The translations under genes were made by a program, and so were the position numbers. The notes under the pieces are model-generated. The model saw only the letters and a program-made list of their open reading frames with translations, did no database searches and was not told the origin of the DNA. From UHGV virus genome UHGV-0038496: DNA of 64,000 bases; one strand, written 5' to 3'. The stretch comes from a virus. Positions 54,918-62,862 of this stretch are shown piece after piece. Each line of letters begins with the position of its first letter. The stretch's first letter is position 1.

Positions 54918-56142
54918 ACTGTTGTTTTAGTTCCTCAGACATTACCTGTCCTTTACCAAGCATTTGCTGTATCGCCATAATACCACGCTGATATTTTACT
55001 TCATCAGCACCATATGACGCAGCATATTGCGAATAAGCAGAGAACAGATCACGGACTTCCTGCCCTGTCATTTGGTTTTTGGCGTTTACTGCCATTTGAG
55101 AGTAGCCTTGCAGACCTGATTTCAGGTCGAAGCCTAATCTCATAGCTTCACCTTGTACGAATGCAACTTCCGAGTTAGCTTTCGTAGGATCACCCATAAC
55201 GTTGGTAAGAGCAGCACTCGCACCTTCCATCATGTGACCGGATTTGTTAACACTGACAATTGCAGAGAATGCGGTGTACGCTTTAGTCAAATCCATGACT
55301 GTTGTTCTTAATTTATTAAAAGCGGTGCTCAGAGTCATGGTTCCAGCAGCAGCATTAGCAAACCCCTTCTGCATTGCAGCGATCTGGGCGTTGAAAGTTG
55401 ACTTACCTATCAACCCTTTTGCATATTGCTGTTCAACCTGACGGTAGCCACCTAACATATCCCTAAAATTAGCCCCATAACGAGCTGTCAGACGCGTTGA
55501 CATGTTGGTAAGGTGTGTTAGCCTATCCATACCCACATTATTGCGTTTGGGCGTTCCTGAGCTGCCATTTTGCTTGTGCCATCTGTTCATTGCAGCAGTC
55601 TGGGCACGAACAAGTGCTGGGTTGGAAGCTACACCACCCATGTTGGGGTTACCTGGGATATATCTGAAGGTATTTGCTCTGGACAGAGCACGGGGTGAGA
55701 CTGGTTTGTTGGAGAAGTAGGAACTACCTAAGCCACCACTTTTCTTAGCCAGTTTGGATTGTTCCTGATAGAATTTACGCATTCTCACCAATTCAGGATC
55801 TTTGGCAGTCATCTGACCGACAACCTGTTTCCTTCTGGCGTTCTCACGTTTTTCTATCGCAGATCGTACAGCAGCTTCACGTTTAGCCTGGGATACAGCT
55901 TCCTGATGCATACGGCGTTGCTGTTGCAACTGTTTATTCTGTACCCTCTGAACAATCTGACCAGTCTTCTCCATCGATGCTTGCCAGGCTTTCAGAGGAT
56001 TCCCCTTTCCCAAAGAATCGCCCAGCTTTGTAAACTCCCTGCCTAATCCTTTAATTCTTTCAATAGCTTTTTTATAGCTATTGTTATCGATCTCAAATGT
56101 AATTCGGTTTGTGGTTGTGGCAACCACTTTGTTACCAGCCAT
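54918..56142 (-). CDS. tail tape measure protein, exon 1
   Basis: Long alpha-helical, Q/A/K-rich N-terminal region; RBS AGGAGAG before ATG at 56142; the track ORF continues three codons into the intron to a TAG at 54907. Confidence 0.6.
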
Positions 56143-56167
56143 ATTCTCTCCTGGTTAGTAATAAAAA

Positions 56168-56196
56168 AGGGCCGGATCCTTTCGGAACCAGCCCTT
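56168..56196 (-). terminator. rho-independent terminator (probably partial) upstream of the tape measure gene
   Basis: Long hairpin AGGGCTGGTTCC-GAAA-GGATCCGGCCCT followed on the minus strand by TTTTTTATT; no promoter between it and the tape measure start. Confidence 0.6.
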
Positions 56197-56200
56197 TGCT

Positions 56201-56446
56201 TTAACGTCTACGTTTCGCTTTTGCCTGGGCTATCCTGGCTTCTTGCTCTCTCTCAAACTCTTTGTTTTGAACACCGTCAAGGAACTCTTCTATGTCAAGA
56301 TACTCACACAACATCAAGAAGTAGTCCATGTCGGCGCTGTTGAGAGATTCATAGTTCTCACCACGAAACCCTTTCAACACTTTACACCACAGGAAATCGA
56401 ACCAGCTAAGTGAGCTATGCTTCCTTGCCCACTCGCTGGCCTGCAA
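56201..56446 (-). CDS. hypothetical protein (tail assembly region)
   Basis: 81-aa ORF between the chaperone-like gene and tape measure. Confidence 0.4.
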   Translation of the reverse strand: MQASEWARKHSSLSWFDFLWCKVLKGFRGENYESLNSADMDYFLMLCEYLDIEEFLDGVQNKEFEREQEARIAQAKAKRRR

Positions 56447-56457
56447 TACGACTTTGC

Positions 56458-56922
56458 TTATTCCTGAGTTTCCTGGTCCAGACTGTTGATCTGATGCGCC
56501 ATTTGCAATCCCTGCAACATCGCCATCAGGCCGTCTAAACCTTCTTGCGTGAAAAAAGATCCGTAGTTAACCTCCAGCACTTTACCAGCCAGTTTGAGCA
56601 TTGCAAACAGGTTGCCAGCGAAGAGTGCATCTATGTCTACTTTATCCACGCCATCAACGACAACATCTGCGAACAGGATATCGAACAGTTCGTCAATCGA
56701 TTTATCGTCAAGTTGTTCGAATAAGTACACCAGTGCGGTTGGTAACACTTCTGCGAGGTTTTTACCACCGTTCAACAATTCACCACCAATGGCTCCCATC
56801 GGCACTGCAATAATCCTGCCAATTTTAGGAAGGTTATGCATTGCCTGGCGTGGTCCCCAGTGATTTATAATGAAGTTGTGTCCGACTAAATCTATTTCTG
56901 TAGTAGGTCTGAAGTTTGGCAT
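56458..56922 (-). CDS. putative tail assembly chaperone
   Basis: 154-aa ORF in the position typical of tail chaperones, upstream of tape measure; RBS AAGGG. Confidence 0.35.
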   Translation of the reverse strand: MPNFRPTTEIDLVGHNFIINHWGPRQAMHNLPKIGRIIAVPMGAIGGELLNGGKNLAEVLPTALVYLFEQLDDKSIDELFDILFADVVVDGVDKVDIDALFAGNLFAMLKLAGKVLEVNYGSFFTQEGLDGLMAMLQGLQMAHQINSLDQETQE

Positions 56923-56969
56923 TTCTCGTTACCCTTAAAGTTAGTTGTCATGCGTTATCGCATAGATTT

Positions 56970-56998
56970 ATTATAGCATTGTACTCACTTTTTGTCAA
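56970..56998 (-). promoter_or_regulatory. consensus sigma70 promoter (TTGACA, 17-nt spacer, TGC-TATAAT) followed by a short inverted repeat
   Basis: Read on the minus strand: TTGACA (rc of 56993-56998), 17 nt, TATAAT (rc of 56970-56975) preceded by TGC; the hairpin ATGCG-ATAA-CGCAT lies at about +5 to +20. Confidence 0.6.
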
Positions 56999-57008
56999 TG
57001 CAAACAGA

Positions 57009-57026
57009 AAGCCTCCGAAGAGGCTT
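57009..57026 (-). terminator. rho-independent terminator overlapping the nuclease stop codon
   Basis: AAGCCTC-CGAA-GAGGCTT hairpin followed on the minus strand by TTTCTGTTTG. Confidence 0.55.
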
Positions 57027-58563
57027 ATAACCACTTAGCTCTCCATACCCATTTAATCTTACCACTATCCCACAACCGGATAGCCCCAACCAAATCTTCT
57101 ATCTCCCGCTCTGTACGAGGATCAATAGACTTATCTGGGTTGAAGTCTACATCAGATCTGCCAATCTCCTCCAGACGTTTAGGAATCAATCGACGTTGCC
57201 AGTGTGGTTTCGGACGCAAACCATTAGCAGGGTGGAATACTCTGTAGTCAGGTTTGCCATACGTTTCAGCAACAAATCCCAACACTTCATAAACCCCACC
57301 AGCGAAGTAGTCATTCATACTGAATGAACTAACCTCTTCTGGATTATTCTCCCTGATAAACGTTTTAAACAGTCTAGATGCCCCACCACGAACAGAACAG
57401 CTTGATGCAAATCTTGATAACTCCCATGTTGCCTTAGTCGTACCGTTAGCTCTGGCCTGACCTCTCGTAGTTTTACCGTAGCCGAAGCTCATGATTGCTA
57501 CAATTTCACCTTCTTTCGTTTTCAGAGCCAGATTGATAGGGTTAGGAGAATGGCCCTGCGGGTGGTAAGCGTCGTAAAACTCTTTGCACTCTATTGATTT
57601 TAGATGCACAACTTCACACTCCCTGGCATTTACTTTACGCTCACCATTACACCCCAAAGCATGAGCCAGCAACTGGCTGAACACTTTCTGGTTGTTATCC
57701 CAATCATAGTCCGTGATCTGGATCAGGCGAATACCTTTCTCTTTACAGGCTAACCACTTGTTGTAATGGTAGTCTTTAGACTTATGATTATCACCATGCC
57801 AGAAGACACCGTTAACTTCAATCGCCACACGTTTTGATGGGACAAAGATATCTAACTCTTTGCCATCATCCAAGATAGTGCGGTTAGACTGCTCCGCGTC
57901 TGGACAGATAGATTTTACAAAGTCAAAGACAGATCCTTCCACTTTAGAAGTCAATTTTGCACAATGCCTGCACCCATGACCTCTGTGAATGTGTTCTTTC
58001 ACAGGCTGTTGGAACTCTGATCCACATTTTGTGCATTCAATATTGAGAATGCCTTTCTTCCTTTCATCATAAAACATACTTTTGTAAACGTATTTATCTT
58101 TGTGGACCTCTTTAGCTTGTTCCACAACTTCTTCAAAAGAGTTTCTGCTTTTTCTACCACGAGTCATGTTAGCACAACGAGGGCAGCCCTGTCCTCTCAA
58201 ATGTTTGCTAGGTTTTTGTGAGAACACGCCGTGGTCAGGGCAAATAATGTTCACATTTGTCACTCTATCTTTATACACAACCTCAGAGTAATCGTAACGA
58301 TCACCATGTTTTTCTTTGGCCTTTTCGATAAATTCTTCCCTGTTTCCACGTTTACGCTCAAGGTAACATTCTTTGCACCCCTCCCCTTTTCTGTGAGCAT
58401 TCGCTTCTACCGAAAACACGCCATGTTTTTTGCAAATAATGTTAACTTTTTCTCTGCTACCTTTGTACTCAGTTTGACTGTAATCATACATTTCTTCAAA
58501 CTCAGGGTTTTCTTTGAAGACGGCTGTTAGCCATTCTTCTTTTGTATAACCTTTTCCAGCCAT
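57025..58563 (-). CDS. putative homing-type endonuclease: three tandem zinc-ribbon-like repeats plus Vsr-like PD-(D/E)xK nuclease domain
   Basis: Three roughly 45-aa repeats (Y.YS...Y......NIICP.HGVF......H..G.GC..C); nuclease-like block DIFVPSKRVAIEVNGVFWHGDNH resembling the FVDGCFWHGH core of Vsr (from memory); start set at ATG 58561-58563 (MAGKGYTKEEW...) with RBS AGGAG. Confidence 0.65.
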   Translation of the reverse strand: MAGKGYTKEEWLTAVFKENPEFEEMYDYSQTEYKGSREKVNIICKKHGVFSVEANAHRKGEGCKECYLERKRGNREEFIEKAKEKHGDRYDYSEVVYKDRVTNVNIICPDHGVFSQKPSKHLRGQGCPRCANMTRGRKSRNSFEEVVEQAKEVHKDKYVYKSMFYDERKKGILNIECTKCGSEFQQPVKEHIHRGHGCRHCAKLTSKVEGSVFDFVKSICPDAEQSNRTILDDGKELDIFVPSKRVAIEVNGVFWHGDNHKSKDYHYNKWLACKEKGIRLIQITDYDWDNNQKVFSQLLAHALGCNGERKVNARECEVVHLKSIECKEFYDAYHPQGHSPNPINLALKTKEGEIVAIMSFGYGKTTRGQARANGTTKATWELSRFASSCSVRGGASRLFKTFIRENNPEEVSSFSMNDYFAGGVYEVLGFVAETYGKPDYRVFHPANGLRPKPHWQRRLIPKRLEEIGRSDVDFNPDKSIDPRTEREIEDLVGAIRLWDSGKIKWVWRAKWL

Positions 58564-58596
58564 CGAAAAACTCCTAGTAGTTTTAAACACAGGGGA

Positions 58597-58626
58597 ACTA
58601 TACCACAAAACATTAGCTTTTGTCAA
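58597..58626 (-). promoter_or_regulatory. sigma70-like promoter with extended -10 (TTGACA, 18-nt spacer, TGG-TATAGT)
   Basis: Read on the minus strand: TTGACA (rc of 58621-58626), 18 nt, GTGGTATAGT (TATAGT = rc of 58597-58602); about 30 nt upstream of the nuclease RBS. Confidence 0.55.
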
Positions 58627-58642
58627 ACCCTATAAACAAGAA

Positions 58643-58662
58643 AGGCCACCCGAAGGTGGCCT
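58643..58662 (-). terminator. rho-independent terminator after the tail tube gene
   Basis: AGGCCACC-CGAA-GGTGGCCT hairpin followed on the minus strand by TTTCTTGTTTATAG. Confidence 0.7.
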
Positions 58663-58668
58663 GTAACA

Positions 58669-59142
58669 TTAAATGATACCAGTTAAACCTGCAAGTCCCA
58701 TCATTGCAGATTCAATGTTATCTTTGTTCAACCAGCAATCCAGTACGCCGATTTCCCAGTCCAGTTGTGCAACTTCTGTACCGTAGGTCAGGTCAGGTTG
58801 CTTCTGGATCCAACCGATTGTGGAAATACCAGGACCCTGGCTACCTTCCAGCAGAACAGGGAAGAATACAAGCCCTGTGATAGATGCTTGTTTCTGCCAG
58901 TCTGACAGGTAGGCGTTCCATGCTGCTGTGTTCTGGAGAGATACAGTCATTACACCAGATTGGTTACGGGATAATGCTGCACTCATTTCACCATCCACGC
59001 CTACATGCGGGTAGATGTTATCTTCGTTACGAGAGACAACGATTTTGGTGTCTGCCGCAAAACCTGATACACGCTGACCCATCAAATAAAGTTTTACTTT
59101 TTTCGGGTCATATGCATAGGGTGTTAAAATATCTGTGACCAT
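58669..59142 (-). CDS. putative tail tube protein
   Basis: 157-aa ORF immediately downstream of the sheath gene, with RBS AGGAGGG; gene order sheath-tube typical of contractile tails. Confidence 0.55.
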   Translation of the reverse strand: MVTDILTPYAYDPKKVKLYLMGQRVSGFAADTKIVVSRNEDNIYPHVGVDGEMSAALSRNQSGVMTVSLQNTAAWNAYLSDWQKQASITGLVFFPVLLEGSQGPGISTIGWIQKQPDLTYGTEVAQLDWEIGVLDCWLNKDNIESAMMGLAGLTGII

Positions 59143-59153
59143 TTACCCTCCTG

Positions 59154-60539
59154 TTACGCAGTCATTGCCTGGGCATTCGTGCTGGTTGTACCAGTTTTAT
59201 CCAGCAATACATTGATGCGGATTTTCACGAAGTGCAGAGCATTGTTGTAAACCATTTCTACTTTAACACCTTCCAGGGTACGAGCAGCCAGCTGGTTAGC
59301 AGGGATGGTAGCACGTTTTGGAACAGTGATAATCGGATCGTAGAATACGCTGTTTTCTTCATCATACCCAGTCAGGATAGCACCGTTACGGATACCAACG
59401 TTGATCGGGTCGTTCATCAGAACAGATTTAATAACAGGCAGGTCGTCATCAGACATTTTCATGCTCATGCCCATGTTGGATCTGCGATGCATGTAGCCAA
59501 ACATAGATTCTTCGGAACGGAATTTGATCCAGTGGGAGAATCTGATTACGTCAGCATATTGGCCTGAAGCGCATTTACCTTCCCAGAAGCAACCAACACC
59601 GTTGATCATTCTGTAGAAGTTCAGGTTGTTGTCCCACAATGCCATTCTCTGACCGACACCCATGTTCGGAGGAGTGATACCTGGCATTTTTTTCAGGTGT
59701 AAGCTGTCACCATAAGACGGGTCATTGGATGCCATTGCACCGATGATACCACCTTCTGGGAAGTCCATGTTAGCACGAGGATCCCACATACCTAAAGTAT
59801 CAAGCTGGAGCTGTTTGAGAGCATAACCAATACCACTTTCTACACCCATTGCATCTTGATCAGCAGTGGAGTAAACGTGAAGTTTGTAGTTAGCTTGTGC
59901 CCATTTTGCAAGAGCTGTGATAGCAGTAACGCTGTGGTCTTCGGAGCACAGGAAATACCAGTTACTGTTTTCATCATTAATGTCATCAACGACTGTCTGA
60001 GGAGTTTCACTGGATTTATTTTCAATTTTGAAATCGCCAGCACCGTAGCCAACGGTAGCACCTTTGATGGTAACTTTACCGGAGTTAGCTTTAGCAGTTA
60101 CACTGGCACCTGACAAGATTTCATCACCAGTAATAGCTGTAGCCAAAGCCTCAGCGATTGTGGAAGCAGCAGTACCACCACCAACTGGAATGACTATGGC
60201 GCGATCATAATTAGGGATTGCTACGTTTACGATAACTTGGGATTCAGCTGGGAATACGCCACCAACAAAGTCAACAACAGTTTCTGTTGCAGCCTGACGA
60301 CCGATGACGATGTATTGCGGCGGGAACTCACCACCGAAAGCGTTAGAAGCGAAGGTGTGAGCAGCACTGCCTGGTGCAAAACCATCGTCAACTAACTGAT
60401 CGAGTTCAGCGTAAACGCGAGCGCGTTCAGTAAAATTATTGTGGATGGCAATAAACAAGGGAGTTTCGAAGCCTACTGTGTCAATCGGCTGTGTACCCAG
60501 GTTTACTTGCACATCGACAACTTTATCATTGTAAGGCAT
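59154..60539 (-). CDS. putative tail sheath protein
   Basis: About 461 aa (track ORF is GTG-initiated at 60566; ATG at 60537-60539 has RBS AAGAGGAAA); size, composition and position upstream of the tube gene. Confidence 0.6.
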   Translation of the reverse strand: MPYNDKVVDVQVNLGTQPIDTVGFETPLFIAIHNNFTERARVYAELDQLVDDGFAPGSAAHTFASNAFGGEFPPQYIVIGRQAATETVVDFVGGVFPAESQVIVNVAIPNYDRAIVIPVGGGTAASTIAEALATAITGDEILSGASVTAKANSGKVTIKGATVGYGAGDFKIENKSSETPQTVVDDINDENSNWYFLCSEDHSVTAITALAKWAQANYKLHVYSTADQDAMGVESGIGYALKQLQLDTLGMWDPRANMDFPEGGIIGAMASNDPSYGDSLHLKKMPGITPPNMGVGQRMALWDNNLNFYRMINGVGCFWEGKCASGQYADVIRFSHWIKFRSEESMFGYMHRRSNMGMSMKMSDDDLPVIKSVLMNDPINVGIRNGAILTGYDEENSVFYDPIITVPKRATIPANQLAARTLEGVKVEMVYNNALHFVKIRINVLLDKTGTTSTNAQAMTA

Positions 60540-60611
60540 TTGTTTCCTCTTCAATATCTTGTGCACAGGATATTAACAAGCAGCATAATCATTACGCTGC
60601 ATGGAGAACGA

Positions 60612-61160
60612 TTACTGACCAGGGTCGATAACCGCTTGACTGTCATCAGCAGGGTGGAGAACATGAAGCTCAGCTTCGATGCCCTGAAGATCTTCGAACG
60701 CTGCCATGTCAGTCTCAATAAACCTGACGTTAAACGTCATCATTACTGTGGCTCTTACCTCATATGCTTGCTTATTCATCGGGACTCGCAGAGGTGAGAT
60801 TGTAGAGGCCGAAGAATAGGCGTACATAGAACCACCAGGAAAGAATTTATCGTAAAACATCGGAAGGTTTATTGCTTGCAATAATCTGGACAATGCTGCA
60901 TATGCTTTACCACGGTAGGCAGTTAACATATAGGTAACTGTGTAATTGTGGGTAACGTAAGCAACACCCTCTTCGGTCTGGAACTCGTTATCTTCCCAGA
61001 TGTGAGGTTGGATACCCATCGTTTCAAGAAGGATAAACTCACCATCTGGTTTTGGAATGATCTCCTGATCACCCATGATGACACGTCTGCCTGTGGCAAC
61101 TCTTGCCATCTTAGCGACAATTTCCTCCAGATCATTAAAAACTTTTTCAAACTCTTCCAT
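60612..61160 (-). CDS. hypothetical neck / tail completion protein
   Basis: 182-aa ORF upstream of the sheath gene. Confidence 0.35.
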   Translation of the reverse strand: MEEFEKVFNDLEEIVAKMARVATGRRVIMGDQEIIPKPDGEFILLETMGIQPHIWEDNEFQTEEGVAYVTHNYTVTYMLTAYRGKAYAALSRLLQAINLPMFYDKFFPGGSMYAYSSASTISPLRVPMNKQAYEVRATVMMTFNVRFIETDMAAFEDLQGIEAELHVLHPADDSQAVIDPGQ

Positions 61161-61597
61161 CAGATTGTGTCTCCTTCGTTATTTGTGGGTTCTTCCACAA
61201 CATAGGAGCGGTATCTTTCCACACCTGACGTATGATACTGATCGCATTTCAGAACAGTGAACCATGTTAATTCACCATGCAGGTTAGGCAACTGAATCTG
61301 ATCTGCAAGCTGGTATTCCCCTTCATTTGGGCTACGCAGACGTACAGAGGAATAAACCGTATACGCTTCGTATTGTCTACCACCTTCGGGGTTAATTTGC
61401 GAGGAGTAGTCTTTAGCCGCACGGCCTGTTAAAGGCTGCATAACGCATTCTAAAACATCGAACTCTTCTATCTCAAGCTCAACACCTTTGTTAGCAAAAG
61501 GGCTGTTATCGATGCGTTTAAGCGTTCTGTGACGACCTTTGAAAGTCTTCCTAGGAATTAATTTATTTTTACCAATCAATCTGTAGCCTACAGCCAT
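61160..61597 (-). CDS. hypothetical neck / tail protein
   Basis: 145-aa ORF with start/stop overlap. Confidence 0.35.
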   Translation of the reverse strand: MAVGYRLIGKNKLIPRKTFKGRHRTLKRIDNSPFANKGVELEIEEFDVLECVMQPLTGRAAKDYSSQINPEGGRQYEAYTVYSSVRLRSPNEGEYQLADQIQLPNLHGELTWFTVLKCDQYHTSGVERYRSYVVEEPTNNEGDTI

Positions 61598-61607
61598 TCA
61601 ACCTCCA

Positions 61608-62075
61608 TTAGTCTTTTAATTGTCCGATCTTGAAGGTTGCCGACTCAAGCAACACATCGTAATGACGCATAGCTTCGTTAAAGCCTTTTTCTTGCGCCCA
61701 TTGTTCGCTTACCGTTGGATTGCTGAACATTCCCGCCTCGATAACGAACTTGATGGCCTCGGCCCCGCCTTTACCGATTTGCTTCAGGACAGTATCTGGA
61801 CTTGCCCCGCGCGATAAAGCACGAAGCAGTCGTTCCATCTGCTTGGGGAGTTCCGCATTGTAAAATACGAAAGCTGTTTCCATGAAATTACGAACCGGAA
61901 GACCATTCCAGCCAAAGTTATGAATTGCAGCCAGTGTTGCCATATTCAGGCCGGAGTAATGTTCTTCGTCGTAAAATCCATAGGAGATAGTTTTACTTTC
62001 CAGCTTAATGAGTTCCCTGTGGAACCTTTCAAGCTGCTTAAAATTGGTTTTAGAAGTGCATTTTATTCTAAGCAC
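61608..62075 (-). CDS. hypothetical head-tail joining protein
   Basis: 155-aa ORF (GTG start in track) directly downstream of a promoter. Confidence 0.35.
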   Translation of the reverse strand: MLRIKCTSKTNFKQLERFHRELIKLESKTISYGFYDEEHYSGLNMATLAAIHNFGWNGLPVRNFMETAFVFYNAELPKQMERLLRALSRGASPDTVLKQIGKGGAEAIKFVIEAGMFSNPTVSEQWAQEKGFNEAMRHYDVLLESATFKIGQLKD

Positions 62076-62093
62076 TTTGCCCCCAATAGATAA

Positions 62094-62122
62094 ATTATAC
62101 CACAGGCTGCAACAATTTTCAA
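62094..62122 (-). promoter_or_regulatory. sigma70-like promoter with extended -10 (TTGAAA, 17-nt spacer, TGG-TATAAT)
   Basis: Read on the minus strand: TTGAAA (rc of 62117-62122), 17 nt, TGGTATAAT (TATAAT = rc of 62094-62099). Confidence 0.5.
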
Positions 62123-62137
62123 TACTAATTTAGCAAA

Positions 62138-62800
62138 TTACCTGCGAGATGGGTATCTTTTTGGTTGTCCAGGTGAACCACTCATAGGTGTGATACCAGA
62201 AACATCAAAGCCACAAACACTGTTACTATGACGTTTAACTCTCTGGAACTCATCTTCACGAACACCACCGATGATAACCAGTCTACCACAGGAATCCAGT
62301 TCAGAGTCAACATAGTCTGGGTTAGCAACCAACCAGTCAAGGAAGTCTCTCCAGCCCTGCCATGTGGTCTGGCCTATGCGAACTTCAACACTTTCATCAC
62401 CGATTTTTTCCATACGGGAACTAATGCTGGACTCACCGCTCGCAACTTCCTGGACCATCAGCCAGCGAACAGCTTGTACCATTGCATCGTATTTGACATT
62501 CGGCAATCTTTCTGGATGATTTTCCAGATCATGTCTCATTACTGCCATTTCAACAAACAAGGCCAGAGTTTCAGGTGGTAACACCTCTTTTGATACATTG
62601 CCCAGCAGGATACGAATAAATGCTGACAACGAATCTTCTCGACCGAACTCAGGATCAATATCATCATCTGGTACAGTTGGCAATTCCGGCTCCGGTTCTG
62701 TTGGTTCTTCAGGTTCAACTGGATCTACTGGTGCTTCGCCTTCACCAGTGCCAGGATCTTGAGAAGTAGGGACTACCTCTTCTTCTTCATACCACGCCAT
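62138..62800 (-). CDS. hypothetical head / neck protein with acidic Pro/Glu-rich N-terminus
   Basis: Start set at ATG 62798-62800 (MAWYEEEEVV...) with RBS GAAGGAGA; track ORF starts at an upstream GTG. Confidence 0.4.
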   Translation of the reverse strand: MAWYEEEEVVPTSQDPGTGEGEAPVDPVEPEEPTEPEPELPTVPDDDIDPEFGREDSLSAFIRILLGNVSKEVLPPETLALFVEMAVMRHDLENHPERLPNVKYDAMVQAVRWLMVQEVASGESSISSRMEKIGDESVEVRIGQTTWQGWRDFLDWLVANPDYVDSELDSCGRLVIIGGVREDEFQRVKRHSNSVCGFDVSGITPMSGSPGQPKRYPSRR

Positions 62801-62833
62801 TCTGTCTCCTTCAAGGATTATGGACACTTAATT

Positions 62834-62862
62834 ATTATACCATGATGACTACAAATTAGCAA
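62834..62862 (-). promoter_or_regulatory. sigma70-like promoter with extended -10 (TTGCTA, 17-nt spacer, TGG-TATAAT)
   Basis: Read on the minus strand: TTGCTA (rc of 62857-62862), 17 nt, CATGGTATAAT (TATAAT = rc of 62834-62839); the -35 overlaps the last codons of the HNH gene. Confidence 0.5.

Noticed and set aside
52980-56142. Tape measure gene as a pseudogene, or two independent genes split by a free-standing HNH insertion
   Set aside because: The intervening sequence carries group I P/Q/R/S elements in order, a plausible P1 with U-G at the splice site, a terminal G and compatible exon phases, and closely resembles the polymerase intron. Splicing is the more economical explanation, though it is unverified.
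56201-56922. Programmed -1 frameshift between tail chaperone ORFs upstream of the tape measure gene
   Set aside because: The two ORFs (56458..56922 and 56201..56446) do not overlap; an 11-nt gap with a stop separates them and I saw no slippery heptamer at the junction.
60567-60611. Promoter and terminator upstream of the tail sheath gene
   Set aside because: Only a weak 5-bp hairpin (GCAGC...GCTGC) and poor -35/-10 matches are present; not convincing enough to call.
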